Positions 1 to 13,765 of a DNA stretch of 64,000 bases are shown one piece after another. Origin of the DNA: Octopus vulgaris (lineage: Eukaryota). The stretch spans positions 31,062,001-31,126,000 of the forward strand of contig OX597814.1 in NCBI GenBank assembly GCA_951406725.2. The letters run 5' to 3'. The position numbers and the translations under genes were made by a program. The notes under the pieces were generated by a model. It made no database searches, was not told the origin of the DNA, and worked only from the letters and a program-made list of their open reading frames with translations. Each line of letters starts with the position of its first letter. Within the stretch, counting starts at the first letter, position 1.

Positions 1-92
1 GGGAAATTTCAAAAATTTTCTTTCCTTTATCGTGAATAATAATCCTCTTTGACTAGTAGATATAAAATGACTTTTTAATGTCCGTCTCTGTT

Positions 93-140
<48 letters not shown>

Positions 141-2869
141 CATGTGTGTGTGTAGAGAGAGAGAGAAAGAGAGAGAGATGCGTTTACTACCATAATTCTT
201 CCCATATTTTTCAACAGCAACGACAATCACCAGCACCACCACTGCAGTTGACACCATGAGCACCACCATCACCACAACAACAGCAACTGACCCAGCGTCA
301 CCCACTCCTTAACTCAACCCACAGTTGATGACCGGGTCAGCAGCCAATTCTGCGATAAAAAATTACAGCTACAACAAACACGTTCACCAGCTCTAATTTA
401 ACCACGTTTTCATATCACTTAACTACTAAATGAAAAGAAATTCAATTTATAACATTTTTAACGACTTCAGATATTGCTTATGAGAAAAAGATGGCGGCGA
501 CAATGTATTATTTCAAAAGTGGATAAAACAAATTCTCATACAGGGGGTGGGGGGTGAAATTCTAACTGGGGGTGCTGAGCACCCTAGAGCCCCCACGTGA
601 CTAATGACTGGCTGTACTACAAATTATACTAAAAGATTTTCTCCCAAACTTATATAGATTTTGTCCCAAATATATCATAGACATATGCAAACGTCTTGTC
701 TTAAAATGCAACTTATTCGTAGGCTACTGTGGAAGGATGATGACTACCTCCACGTGACTAAAACTAGACTAACGCCTTGTGCCAGTTTAATATCGTAGTT
801 TGGGGTACTACAGATTACGTTCTGTGTGAACATATTAATTCCGTGGAAGGTTATTCTAGATAACCATATCCAAACATTTATTTGGGTAATACTATTCTAC
901 ACCCTTGTCACAACCCACCGGATTGGTTTCCAAACCTCTTCGTATTTCCTTTGTACCTGTGCATTTACCATCAAACTTCAACGCCTAAAAGCTTATGTAA
1001 AGGAATTATTTACGAACTATATATAGATTTCAATTGATCAGCAAGTCTTTTCGACGTGAAATCATATTCCGAGTGGAAAGTAAATAGTTCGAAGAGCTCT
1101 ATCACGAGGTACAGACGTAATGGCAAATTTCTTCCTAAACGTTTCAAATCTCAAATCAATTCGATGCGAAGTCATTCTATCGCTTGAACTCTAACTGCAA
1201 CACCGAAAATCTACTGGCGCAACCACAACAGCCACCACTAGGAATATTATCTTTGATTTTAGTGAGAATGAAAACCATATTTTTATGTCCAAATATTTAC
1301 GTCCAAAAATATGCCCAGTTTTATAAAATTAATGAATACCTATATCGTAGTTAAAATTGATAACTTAGTTAAAAAGTATAACAGAAAATTCCTCAATCTA
1401 AATATACTTTAGAATTAATTAAATAAATACCGATGAGTGTCATGTATTCATTTATGCCAATCACCTCACTTTATTTTGCCTCATCTAACTAGATGTAAGC
1501 TTTGTCACACCTACGACCCTCATTCACCTATTCAATAATTAATTTAATCATACGAATCACGAGTAAATCTTCAATTTAAGTTTGCTTAAATTCTAATTTA
1601 TGTTACTGTATAATAGTCAATAATCCTGGAATTTCAAACGATCAAACAAACAAATTCTCTTCTCAAATCTGAATAGCATTTAAAGAAAAAGTATTCCTAT
1701 TAAAGAACACCAATCTGTAAAGTTTATTCAATTCAGAGAAGACAGTTCCGAAACACGACTTTAGAAGAACCCCTATATAAAGAACCTACTTCATTGATTA
1801 TACAATTAACAAACATTTCCAGTCGTTCTTCCGAGAAATCTTTCGATCTTTGATAGGAAAAAAATGCATTAAGTTCTCAGTGTATAGCAGAATATATGAT
1901 GATATACCAGCCAATAATAGTGCTTCATGGTTGTCGCTCAACCTGCTAGAAATAGAAGTCAAATTTTTCTCAAACCACTCTTTAACTTCTTAAAAATGAT
2001 ATATGATGTGATACGGAGGACGTTTGATTTGGGAAGGTGCAGCATGGTCATAACTGCGATGCTTTATGATGTTTGAATTGTAGCTCAACTTACAAGACAT
2101 CATCATCATCCCCTACCATCACCTCAGATCAACCACAACCTTATTATATGTCTCGAATGGCAGATTTATTTTGCACACTAGTTTTGAAGATCTTCAGGAA
2201 GATATGATTTACTTGACGTACTATCATTTTGTGTTTCCAATGGGGTCTTCTTGAAGTTGGTGTTTTTATTTTGAATTTTATTTTATAGCAAAATGTGGTG
2301 CATCATACTGAGGTCTGTATGAACACAATAGGAAATAAATGTTAGCCTTGATACTATAAGCATGAAAAATCTACTAAACAAAACAGAGATAATAGTAACT
2401 ACATAAAATGTGCAATGAATAAAATGAACTGAAATAAAGAAAAGAAAACAAGCAAGGTACGAAAGAGTTAGATCATGTTTTATCTTAAAACAAAGATTGA
2501 AGCCCTTCTTATAGCTTAAAGGGCATCAATTATTTTACTGGTGCTCCATAAAGAGCCAGAATACTGCTCTGAAGCGGTGTCTGTGAAACGTTATATTATG
2601 TCCTTGCCCAGTCAGTGCGGAGAATGTTTACAATCATTGCAATAAGAGTTAACGAGCAAAAGGTTACTGTGCACAAGATGGAAGTAAGAAATAGGAAGAT
2701 GAGGATTTATTTGGCCACTGCTGCTGACACATCAAGAGAGAGGTGTTACGGTTCAAGATCGAAATGACTGTTGATCGCTGGAAACCGTCTGATAACATCA
2801 ATTCCTCGTGGACAAAGTTACATTCACCAAGGATGAATAATGAAGTGACATCTTTTAGATGTTATAATA

Positions 2870-3054
2870 TCGATGGAGTAAGTCGCTTACATCGACCCCA
2901 GTGCTCAAACATTATCCTTTTTTGTCGACCCGGAAGGGATGAAAGCTAAACTCGACCCTAGCAGAATAAATTTAAACTCAGAACGTAAAAGCAGACGAAA
3001 TGGTGCTAAGCATTTTGTCCGACATGCTGCCGATTCTACTAGCTTACCGCCTAA
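2870..3054 (-). mobile_element. tRNA-derived SINE, family B (degenerate copy)
   Basis: Reverse complement begins GGCGGTAAGCTAGTAGAATCGGCAGCATG and contains TTCTGAGTTT...GGTCGAGTTTAGCTTTCATCCCTTCCGGGTCGAC, matching the intact copy at 34351. Confidence 0.8.
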
Positions 3055-4460
3055 TTAGATGTTATGATATCATAAACTGATAAATAAAAAGTAAGTTTAT
3101 GAAGTTTATCATCCTTTGTAATTTGTCTTTTTGCTTTTCAATTTTCATACACCTTTTGTTGTTTATTTCATCTCAACTATTATCGAGAAAAATTGAAAGT
3201 TTCCTAGATGTGGCCATCTTATAAATTTATTCAAATAGAATTTATCTACGATTAAAATATAAGTTAACATAATTTTAAGCCGGTAGAATGTAGTTTGAAT
3301 ATATTTAGCTGCTGTTCCTACTGTATCGAATGTCCATATAGGGACTCTCTTACATGTTTAATGGACATAAATTTTTACTTGCATAGCTATGATGGTTCAC
3401 AAGCTTCTTGTAAGGTATCCACTTTTAAAATGTTTCTTGAATGCATGTAAACAAGTGTATGCGTGCGTGAGTGCATGTGTAATTGAGAAAATAGTGTATA
3501 GGAAGGCAAGAACACAACTCTGTTCTCTTATGTAGGCAAATGAACACGAATTTAGCATCCTGTCACACATACACGCTTCACGAATATGTGTGCCTGTGCG
3601 TGTGTGCGTCTATGTGTGTTTGTGCACTGTGGTGTGTAATAATGGACTATTTCTCTCTCTCTCTCATTTTCTCTCTCTCTCTCTATCTCTCTCTCTCTCT
3701 CTCTCACGCACACACATTCTTTCGTTCTGTATATATGGATTACTATTGTAAAAAAATAAATTGAATATGTGCAGCAAAATTTCCATAAAATAGAAAATCA
3801 AACATTACGCTTGATAAAATTGGAATCCCAGTGAAGGACAAATACGTAATATTAATACTTATAATAATGTATAAAATAGAACCATGATCCGAGGAACCAA
3901 GAACTCCCTAAACAAGTTTAATTTTTTCAGTAGTAAACTTTCAAATAAAGGGTAACTTAGAACCATCAGAACAGACTGTGCAAAAGATTCACATTCAAGA
4001 TGTACATTATACGTGTAAATCCCATCTTCAGCTATCTAACGCATGTCATTATGGTTTCAACACTAGGTCTATATATGGTATAATTATATAACATGGAAAT
4101 ATAATTAATATTTTCTAACAATAGTGATAGCATTACTGGTTCAACAGAGTGATGGACAGTCTATTTTCTCTTCCCCAAGATTAAGAAATTCGTAAGCATG
4201 AGCACATTTTCGTATTTATATTTGTAGGCAAACAGTATATACAAATGTATTCTCTTATATCCTCCATCCTTTAAAATAATAAAGTTTACAGCGAGGGAGA
4301 TTTAGTAGCAATTTTTAACTGATCGAGAAACTACACACAGGCGCTTATGTTTCCAGTGGCTAAAATTCAGATGATGATGACATCATCACTGACATAAAAA
4401 CTTACCATCCATTTCCAATGCAAAAAAAAGATACAACTCACTTAAACATAATGTCAGGTA

Positions 4461-4504
<44 letters not shown>

Positions 4505-4508
4505 GCAC

Positions 4509-4556
<48 letters not shown>

Positions 4557-5339
4557 AGAAATATGTATAATATATATCTTCAATTTTATATATGTATATG
4601 TATGCATATATAAACATATATGTTTTATATCTCTCTCTCTATATATACATATATATATAACATAATTTCTATCAATACGCACACGTATCTATCTATATCT
4701 ATATATGTGTGTGTGTGTGTGTGTCTGTGTGTGTGTGTATGAATACGCTCTCTCACATACATATAACTTATCACAAAGTTCTTATCAACAAACCTTCTTG
4801 TGAAACATGCCCCAAAATTTTGAGAGAAGTTATTATCAGAATTGATGGGAAAACATGGAATTTAAAGTCTGAAAATATATTCTTAATATTACAACATTTA
4901 TTATGTAACACATATGTTACCAAAAAAAAAAAAACGCAATTAAATTGCGCCAATTTCTAATAAGTAATAACCAGTAAAATCCAACAACGTTATAATCAAC
5001 TTGTACAACAGCCCTACTGATACGTTATTAGAAACAGCCCATATACATACAATTAGAGGCTCAGGTCTAATTCTCCAGTTATAATTATGGGCATATAAAC
5101 ATATCTGCACACATAGATACGTAGGTGCGAGTATGTAAACATATGCCTACGTGCAAATATATTCTAGTGCAGGTAACAATTACTATAACACAATGGCGCT
5201 TATTGTAAACATAAACAATAGAAATATAAAGATTTTGAAGTTTAAAACTCCAAGTAGTTTAATGTAGCCGTCTTTCACACATTTTCATATCTCAAACAAA
5301 AGGAAATTATACACACTTTATATACTTATATATATACAT

Positions 5340-6048
5340 ACATGATGCACGCATACATACATACGTACAACATACATACATACATACATACATACATACA
5401 TACATACATACATACATACACACATGCCAAGGATCTCACGCATTTTCCAATATATATATATATATATATATTCGCGAACAAATACACCCTCTTACATACA
5501 TATGTGCCTGTGGTTTATGTTCTGTATACATTCATATGTGTGTGTGTATATATACAAAACATACGCACACACTCGCTTACATACACACACTCATATATAT
5601 ATATATATATATATATAGTCACACAAAAATAATTTACTAAAATACACAAAGTGTCTATAAATATACAATACTGGCTCATACATATGTATATGTATACGGA
5701 TTTCACCTACAAATATTTATTTCCTATATAGAAAAGCCCGCACTACATACGCATTTCTCTGTATACACACCCACAAGCACATAAATGCATGTGTATATGC
5801 TTAAGTACAAATAACTCGCACACACATAAATATGTGTGTGTGTGTGTAAGAGTGTAAGAGTTTATAAATAAACCTTCACATCTGCGCAACAATGTACATG
5901 TAAGTTATGTGTTCAAGAATATATGTATGCTATGCGTGTATAGTTGCAAGAATATATTTAAGATGTATGAGTATAATAATAGACTCACACACGTCTATGA
6001 TTTATAAATGATTAAATTTCTGTATTTCATGTATAAAACTGCATTCAT

Positions 6049-6118
<70 letters not shown>

Positions 6119-6132
6119 GTGTATATATATAC

Positions 6133-6172
<40 letters not shown>

Positions 6173-6202
6173 TATATATGCATGTATACATATATATATA
6201 TC

Positions 6203-6252
<50 letters not shown>

Positions 6253-6398
6253 AGTGTGTATATATGTAAGTATACATATATATATATATATGATGTCTAT
6301 ATAAATCTATAAAAACATATATATATATATGAATATATATATATATATGTATGTATATATGTATGTGTGCGTACATACATACACATATATATAAATAC

Positions 6399-6434
<36 letters not shown>

Positions 6435-6515
6435 AAACAAACATACATATATATACACATATGTATATATGACTATCTTTCTGTCTGTCTATCTATTTAT
6501 CTATCTATATATATC

Positions 6516-6571
<56 letters not shown>

Positions 6572-6720
6572 ATTGCATATATATATATGCTTGTATGTAT
6601 GTATGTATGTATGTATATATATATATGCATTTATATATATATATACATATATGTACGTGCATGTATCTATTCTCAAATGTATATATAAATATAAGTACGC
6701 AAAATATATAAACTATAAGT
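5340..6720. repeat. Compound microsatellite field: (TACA)n, (TA)n, (TG)n, (TATC)n
   Basis: Directly visible; it generates the YI/HT/CV-rich spurious ORFs. Confidence 0.97.
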
Positions 6721-7072
6721 AGCTGTTTTGAAAGAAAAATCCATCGTACATGTATTAAACTTTTGAAACTATTTTTTAAATTCCACTGGACTGAAGGGCA
6801 GTTTGTAATATATGACATTTTCCTAAATACATTTGTTTTAGGAAAAAATATTTAAATATATATTCTAAATTTTCTAGAATAAATTTTATTTATTTTTGAT
6901 TTAGCATATTAAAAAAATAATGGAAACAAGTGTATATTGTATTGTTGGAAATATTTCTCCTTTAGAACCTAATTTTATGTTAAAAAAATATATCGTATAT
7001 GTTTTCAAGTATGTCCTTTTACAATGATAAATATGCTTCTTGTATGGCCTCGAATGTGAATATGCTTTTTGA

Positions 7073-7105
<33 letters not shown>

Positions 7106-7130
7106 AGTGTGTGTGTATTTGTGTGTGTGC

Positions 7131-7169
<39 letters not shown>

Positions 7170-7180
7170 TGTATATATAC

Positions 7181-7423
7181 ATACGTGTATTCGTGTGTAT
7201 GAGACTTTGGTTCTGTTGTTGCCTGCCTTTATATTATTGCTTCAATTACGTTATGCAGACACACATGCACATTATGCACATACACACTCACATACAGTCA
7301 TGTACATATATTCACCCGAACGCTATGTTATATATATATATATATATATAACGTAATTGTAGCAATAATATGAAGGCAGGCAACAACAGAACCAAAATCT
7401 CATATACACACGAATACACGTAT
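7181..7423. repeat. Inverted repeat (fold-back), ~75-bp arms
   Basis: 7181-7254 (atacgtgtattcgtgtgtatgagactttggttctgttgttgcctgcc...ttacgttat) is the near reverse complement of 7348-7423. Confidence 0.92.
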
Positions 7424-7440
7424 TCAAATTACATACATAT

Positions 7441-7588
7441 AGGCGCTGGAGTGGCTGTGTGGTAAGTAGCTTGCTTACCAACCATATGGTTCCGGGCATC
7501 TTGGGCAAGTGACTTCTACTATAGCCTCGGGTCGACCAAAGCCTTGTGAGTGGATTGGGTAGACGGAAAGTGAAAGAAGCCCATCGTA

Positions 7589-7659
<71 letters not shown>

Positions 7660-7887
7660 ACGTGTATGTTTGTGTGTCTGTGTTTGTCCCCCCAACATCG
7701 CTTGACAACTGATGCTGCTGTGTTTACGTTGCCATCACTTAACGGTTCGGCAAAAGAGACCGATAGAATAAGTACTGGGCTTACAAAGAATAAGTCCCGG
7801 AGTCGATTTGCTCGACGAAAGGTGGTGCTCCAGCATGGCCGCAGTCAAATGACTGAAACAAGTAAAAGAGTAAAAAGAGTAAGAGTA
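7441..7887 (+). mobile_element. tRNA-derived CORE-like SINE, family A, with internal (TA)n(TG)n microsatellite
   Basis: Head AGGCGCTGGAGTGGCTGTGTGGTAAG with a truncated B-box region, CORE-like CTTGGGCAAGT and tail GACTGAAACAAGTAAAAGAG; more than 10 similar copies in the window. Confidence 0.92.
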
Positions 7888-8289
7888 TACATTGCACATA
7901 TATCTTTGTCTCCGTGAATACGTTCGCGTGTGCAGGCTTATGAGTGTCTGTGTGCAATATTTTAAGATAAATTAATATATATACATCTATATATCTATCT
8001 ACCTGTCTGTCTATCTGTATATCTATATACATATCTTTATATTTTGCTCAACTGATATTTGCCCATCTGAATGTCTGTTTACCTCTCTGTCAGTCTCTAT
8101 GTATACGTGCATATGTTTATGTGTATGTGTGTATGTATATATATATAAATATGTATGTGTGTGTGTGCATATATATAAATATGTATTTCTGTGTATGTGA
8201 GTGTATGTGTGTGTATGCGTGCACTCGTGCTTATATGTTGATATGTATATATAATTAATAGTGACAGAAGCAGTATTAATATCAAATGT

Positions 8290-8755
8290 TAGTTTTTTTA
8301 TCCCCATTTAATAGTGGATGTAATGTTAGAACACAGAATACTGTGATATTTCCCAAGAGAGACCTCACAAATGGACTTGTGGTGCATATAAACACTTATG
8401 TTTATATCGCTATGGGAAGATAATCATCCGCCATCACCACTGTATCTACCAGATCATGTGATTTCGGCGTTCCTTGGCTAGCCCATTTGTAATAAAAGTG
8501 CTTCATTAGGTACTGAGATTCTATGTATATCGCTAGTGGAGGAATCACTGCTACCTTTAGCTTTTTGGTACGAAAGATGTACGAAAACACTTGATCTGGT
8601 AGTCCCTGCGGAGATGGAGGATGATAACCTCCCACTAGCGATATAAACACAATTGCATATATGCTCTGAAAATCCATATGAGAGGTTTTCCCATGGTAAT
8701 TATCGCAATATATACTGTGTTCTAACCCCCCCTTTGAAGTGGGGATAAATATAAC
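8290..8755. mobile_element. Old fold-back element (~170-bp diverged arms) with a degenerate hammerhead motif
   Basis: 8290-8460 aligns with the reverse complement of 8587-8755 (tatcccca, gttagaacacag, gtttatatcgcta, ctaccagatca). Minus strand 8513-8447 reads tac-CTAATGA-agca...cgcc-GAAA-tcacatga-TC-tggta. Confidence 0.65.
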
Positions 8756-8843
8756 CTTACGTGTGTGTGCGTATATGTATATATATATATGCATGTGTGT
8801 GTGTGTGAGCGTCTGTGCGTATATATATATATGTATATATATA

Positions 8844-8925
<82 letters not shown>

Positions 8926-9026
8926 AATTAGTAAATTATTTACTAACTTGTGTATTTTTCCCTCACGGGCTACTTTTTACTGGAAGGCAATACTTTGTAT
9001 TGCATTACTGATATATATATATATAC

Positions 9027-9738
9027 TCAACTAATAAGGGTGAGAAAATTGGATACTAATTTAATAGCACCATCCATTTAACACCAAGTGGCTTAGTGCA
9101 TAAAAACCAGGAGTACAATAAATATTATACGTAAATATAAGAGAGTGACCACCATGTGGTCGACTCTAGCACTAAAAATAGATCCGCTGGTTTCAGCCAC
9201 GAAGAATTGTTTCCGATGAAACTTAGCACAACTATTAGCGTAAACGAACAGGACAAATAAAAATAATAAAAATGCAGATTAATTCAGGACAATTGTTTCG
9301 CTATTAATAAATTATGTAATTTTACTCACATAACGTATCTGTAGCTCCTCGGCTGAATTTGTCTAGAATACAATTTACTCAACCGCATGCCAGATTTTAC
9401 CATAACGATAAACACACATGCGGTTCAGTCGATTGCATTCGCCGTTATAATTCAAGTGCCCCCGCCAAAGTCCACCAACATTTACGGAAACAGGTACTAC
9501 ATCAAAAATTAAATGCAGTATAATTACAATCAACTAATAAGGGGGAGAACATTGGATACTAATTTAATAGCACCATCAATTTAACACCAAATGGCTTAGT
9601 GCATAAAAACCAGGAATACAATAAATTTTATACGTAAATATAAGAGAGTGACCACCATGTGGTCGACTAAAAATAGATCCGCTGGTTTCCGCCACGAAGA
9701 ATTGTTTCCGATGAAAGTTAGCACAACTATTAGCGTAA
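9027..9738 (-). mobile_element. Non-autonomous Penelope-terminus/retrozyme-like element with ~210-bp direct repeats
   Basis: 9027-9243 is nearly identical to 9530-9738 (8-nt indel, a few SNPs); a hammerhead lies in the unique spacer; TA-rich tracts on both sides. Confidence 0.8.
9281..9359 (-). ncRNA. Type I hammerhead ribozyme motif (U4C core variant)
   Basis: Minus strand: aattcag-CCGAGGA-gcta[38 nt]tagc-GAAA-caattg-TC-ctgaatt; 7-bp stem I, 4-bp stem II, palindromic stem III, GUC site. Confidence 0.8.
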
Positions 9739-9779
9739 TATATACTCTTTATATATACATCTATATATCTATCTATATA

Positions 9780-10135
9780 TACTTTTTTTATTGTTTTACT
9801 TCTTTCAGCCATATGACTGCGGCCATGCTGGAGCACTGTCGAACAAATCCACTGCAGTATTTATTCTTTGGAAACCTAGTACTTTCGCTATCAGTCTCTT
9901 TCGTCACACCGCTAAGTTACAGGCACGTAAACACACCAACATCGGTTGTCAAGTGATGGTGGGGGACAAACGCAGACATAATTACATATATATATATATA
10001 TATGCGACTGGCTTCTTTCAGTTTCCGTCTACCAAATCCACCGAGAAGGCTTTTTGATCAGCCCGAGGCTAAAGTAGAAGATACTTGCCCAATGTGCTAC
10101 GTAATGAGACGGTAACCAAAACCATGTGGTTGGGA
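9780..10135 (-). mobile_element. SINE family A (head-truncated)
   Basis: Reverse-complement match to 7441-7887 (gactgcggccatgctggagcac, ttccgtctaccaaatccac). Confidence 0.88.
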
Positions 10136-10502
10136 TATTTTTATCAACCTCGAAAGGATGAATTTTGATCACGGTCAAATTTGAACTGTAGACGTAAGGA
10201 CGGATGAAATGTCGCCAAACATTTTGTCAAGCATGCTAACAGCTCTGGCAGCTCACCAAATTAACGCCGTCAATAATGCTGATAATTCTTTTTTTCGTAT
10301 TAGCACAAGTCCTGAAATTTTGATGGAAGGGCAACTTGGTTACACAGATCCCCCGTGTTCGACTGATACATATTCTATTGACCCTCAAAGGAATGCAAGG
10401 CAAACTCAACATTTGTGGAATATGAACTCAGAACGCAAACACAAACGATATGCCGCCAGGAATTTGTCACGCATGCTAAGGTTTCTGCCAGCTTGCCGCC
10501 TT
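10135..10502 (-). mobile_element. Two adjacent degenerate family B SINEs
   Basis: tttgaact/atgaactcagaacg B-box and ctgccagcttgccgcc head on the minus strand. Confidence 0.75.
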
Positions 10503-10504
10503 AT

Positions 10505-10540
<36 letters not shown>

Positions 10541-10610
10541 CGACGACGACAATGATGATGATGATGATGACGACGACAGTGATGATGATGATGATGATGA
10601 TGATGATGGT
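10505..10610. repeat. (GAT/GAC)n trinucleotide repeat
   Basis: Directly visible. Confidence 0.97.
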
Positions 10611-10756
10611 TATGATTGTTTTTAATATAAGCAGAGGACCTGGTTTATGTCGGTGAAGGTTTAGTGGATTACATAAATACACACACACACATATAATATG
10701 ATTTTGTATTGTATTACATTACATTATGATATATATATATGTGTGTGTCATGAGGA

Positions 10757-10797
<41 letters not shown>

Positions 10798-10893
10798 GAT
10801 GACATATGTGTGTGCGTTTGTGTGTTTCTGCACATGTGTGTGTTAATAAGTGTAGAGAGATAAAGAAGAAAAGATGGAAAGCAAGAGAGAGAG

Positions 10894-10924
<31 letters not shown>

Positions 10925-11319
10925 GGGGGGAGAGAAACCGTGGAGGGAGAGCGAACGAGCGAGAAATGCATAGATAAACAGAGCTAGTTAATAATACGTT
11001 GAAATATTTACACATTTTACGTAAAAGCGATGAACTATTGGGTTAAATATCTGAGTCCTTAATTTTTAATCGTAAAAAAAAGTTTTACTTGTTTGCTTTT
11101 TTTTACAAACTAAACTGCAAGGTTTTATATATTTTTTTTAGTATTTTGCCTTATTTACAGAATTTTCTATTTCTTAAATAGCCGTACAAAAACTAGTTTT
11201 TTGACGCCAGTCTTTCTCGCAACACACCAACATATAATTTATTATTTTTTTAATATCTTATCTCGTTTTTTTCTTACACAAGCATTTACATATTTTATAT
11301 ATACAATAACAAAATGTAG

Positions 11320-11362
11320 AACTACTACTACTACAACTACTACTACTACTACTGCTACTACA

Positions 11363-11399
<37 letters not shown>

Positions 11400-11400
11400 A
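11320..11400. repeat. (ACT)n trinucleotide repeat
   Basis: Directly visible. Confidence 0.97.
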
Positions 11401-11789
11401 ACCTCATGGATAAAAGTGAAACAATAATACATCATTCCTCATTTATCGCGTGATTTTGCGGTTTAAACATCTTTGCCTTATCGCTAACTTGTGTAATCAC
11501 AGATCAATTCGTGATACGCGTAAATCGATTTACAATGAGCCTACCGTGTTATCCTGGATCAGTGAACAGGCATCATGGATAAACTAGGATAGATGTATTT
11601 CGTTCTAATATAAGTGCAAGGCCCAATGGGGGAGAGTTATCGAAGGTAATCGATTCCTGTTTTTGATTGATTTGGTAATTTGACTTCAGTGGGATTTGAA
11701 CTCAAAACGTAAAGTTCCGGAATAATGCAATGCCTTTCTTTCTAACAATAGTGCCAGCTCAATTACAACAGCAGCAATAAATATAATTA

Positions 11790-13450
11790 TAACCTAAAAC
11801 AAATGATCGGAAATGTAACTGGAGAAAATGGATGCATGCTGCTACAAAAGCTAAAGAAAACTGTCAGGATCTGGACTCATATTTGGGGAGTTGTACAGAA
11901 GTGACGATAAATGTATTAAAGAAATTGAAATGAAATTAGAAAGAAGCATCTTAAAGGAAATACAGATATAAAAAAACAAAGTAACAATAGAAGATATTGT
12001 AGAACAAATAAGGTAAGCTGCCGAATTAGTACCTGGTCCTGATTGGATCCAGGTTTTTGACTGAAGAACTTCTCCCACCTATATGCGTAAATAAGAGTGT
12101 ATTTTGATGAATCTCTCTGTAATGGAACAGTATCCATAGGGATGGATGAGAGAACATATCTTATCCTAAAAGATGAGAACAAAGTTACAGTGGTAGCAAA
12201 GTACTGCCCAATTGTGCACTCAGACCTGACGTAGAAGCTCATCATGGATAAATGCATAGAAAGTTTAAAAGCTACTAGTAAATGATCCGTTGCCTGTGTA
12301 TAAAAAAGAATGCTGGAAAGAGTCGTATGGAACAAAATATACACTCAGAATAGAATCTGCAACCCAACGTTAACTGCAAGAAGCAATGTACCAAATACAG
12401 TATGGCATAGGTGAATGTTTAAAAAGCCTATGTTGTGGTACTCCACACGTTGTTGTTTAAGTGACTATCAATGTTTGGCAATGCTGAATATGATACTAAT
12501 GTCATGGGGTTTAGCTACCACAATGGAAGACAAATCTGTAGGCTGGAAATTAAATATCTGAGTTCTGTCCATTTTTAAATTGAACATTCTCAAAAGATAC
12601 TCCTTTTACTTTTGAACTTTTTCTTAGCATTGACATCATTATCAATCAAATTACAAGGAACAAAGACTGGATACAAATTTCGAAATGAATATCCAGAGAT
12701 TACCCATCTTTTCTTTATGGGCAACCTAAAACTGCTTACTGAGTCAGAAAACCAATTCGATACGCTTATCAAAACGGTAACTGAAACCATAATTTAAGAA
12801 AACTTCAATTGAAGGTTTACCATCGATTCATATGATTATATCAATTATTGAATAGGTGAAAAGGGCCATGGATGTGACAAAGCATGCATCTAATTAAACG
12901 AGGCAAAAATAAAGTAAGGAGATTGGCATGAATGGATACGTGACACTCAGCGGGATTTATTTAGCTAAAGTATGTGTAAGTTGAGGATTTTTCTGTTGTG
13001 CATTTTAACTACGTTATCTATTCAGAGACTTACGACCGGAATATATCTCTGTAACAGTATTAAGAAATCCACACTGCAAAATTTATGGAAACTTAGAAAA
13101 AACTATCGATCACATTATTTCTTGAAGCCTGAAATTAGCGATGCCCGAATATATCTACCGGCACAACATGAAAGCGGTGTACCTTTTTCAAAGAACAAGA
13201 CAACTGAACATCAGCTCAACATAGCCACTGACAACAATGGTATCATCCACTGGGGTATGCTCAGCAACACTGGGAGAGAGAATAAAAGCCATCAAACCTG
13301 ACATATTCTCTGTCGAACAATATGTTTGCTTAGAATAGAACACATACTTAGAATACTTAGAATAGTACACATGTTATTGAGTGGGATGTCAATGAAGTGG
13401 CATCTGCCCTGTTGTGCCTAAAGCCTATAGTTTGGGTCTGGCCTAACAGG
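11790..13450 (+). pseudogene. Decayed non-LTR retrotransposon RT, Dong/R4-like
   Basis: Broken-frame motifs: VPGPD (NWKAPGPD-like), RTYLILKD, KKAY (WIDxKKAYD-like) and GYKFRNEYPEITHLFFMGNLKL (HLxFMDDLKL catalytic segment with DD mutated). Confidence 0.7.
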
Positions 13451-13540
13451 ATATGAACTAGGAAATACAAAAGAAACTAATAAAAATAGCAACAAAAAAC
13501 AACAACAGTAGTGTCATCACCATCAGCAACACCAGCATTA

Positions 13541-13765
13541 TATTTCTTTTCAGCCCACAAGGGGCTACACACGGAGAGGACAAACAAACGGATTAAGTCG
13601 ATTATATCGACCCCAGTGCGTAACTGGTACTTATTTAATCGACCCCCGAAAGGATAAAAGGCAAAGTCGACCTCGGCGGAATTTGAACTCAGAACGTAAC
13701 GGCAGACGAAATACGGCTACGCATTTCGCCCGGCGTGCTAACGTTTCTGCCAGCTCGCCGCCTTA
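13541..13765 (-). mobile_element. Intact family B SINE with 16-bp TSD
   Basis: Full reverse-complement copy of 34351; agcaacaccagcatta is duplicated at 13525-13540 and 13766-13781. Confidence 0.95.

Noticed and set aside
486-500. AAGATGGCGGC YY1-like promoter motif
   Set aside because: Single short motif with no supporting exon or promoter context.
4770-5060. Possible PLE pre-GIY-YIG fragment (CETCPKIL...WNLKS) and ctgatac...gaaa motif
   Set aside because: Too degenerate to support.
4386-8285. Many 60-170 aa ORFs rich in YI/HT/CV
   Set aside because: Translations of (TA)n/(CA)n/(TG)n tracts, which lack stop codons; the same applies at 14.8-15.3, 27.2-27.8, 31.7-32.5, 43.3-44.1, 45, 59.4-59.8 and 61.8-62.4 kb.
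10209-10625. 138-aa ORF with poly-Asp tail
   Set aside because: Antisense SINE sequence running into a (GAT)n repeat.
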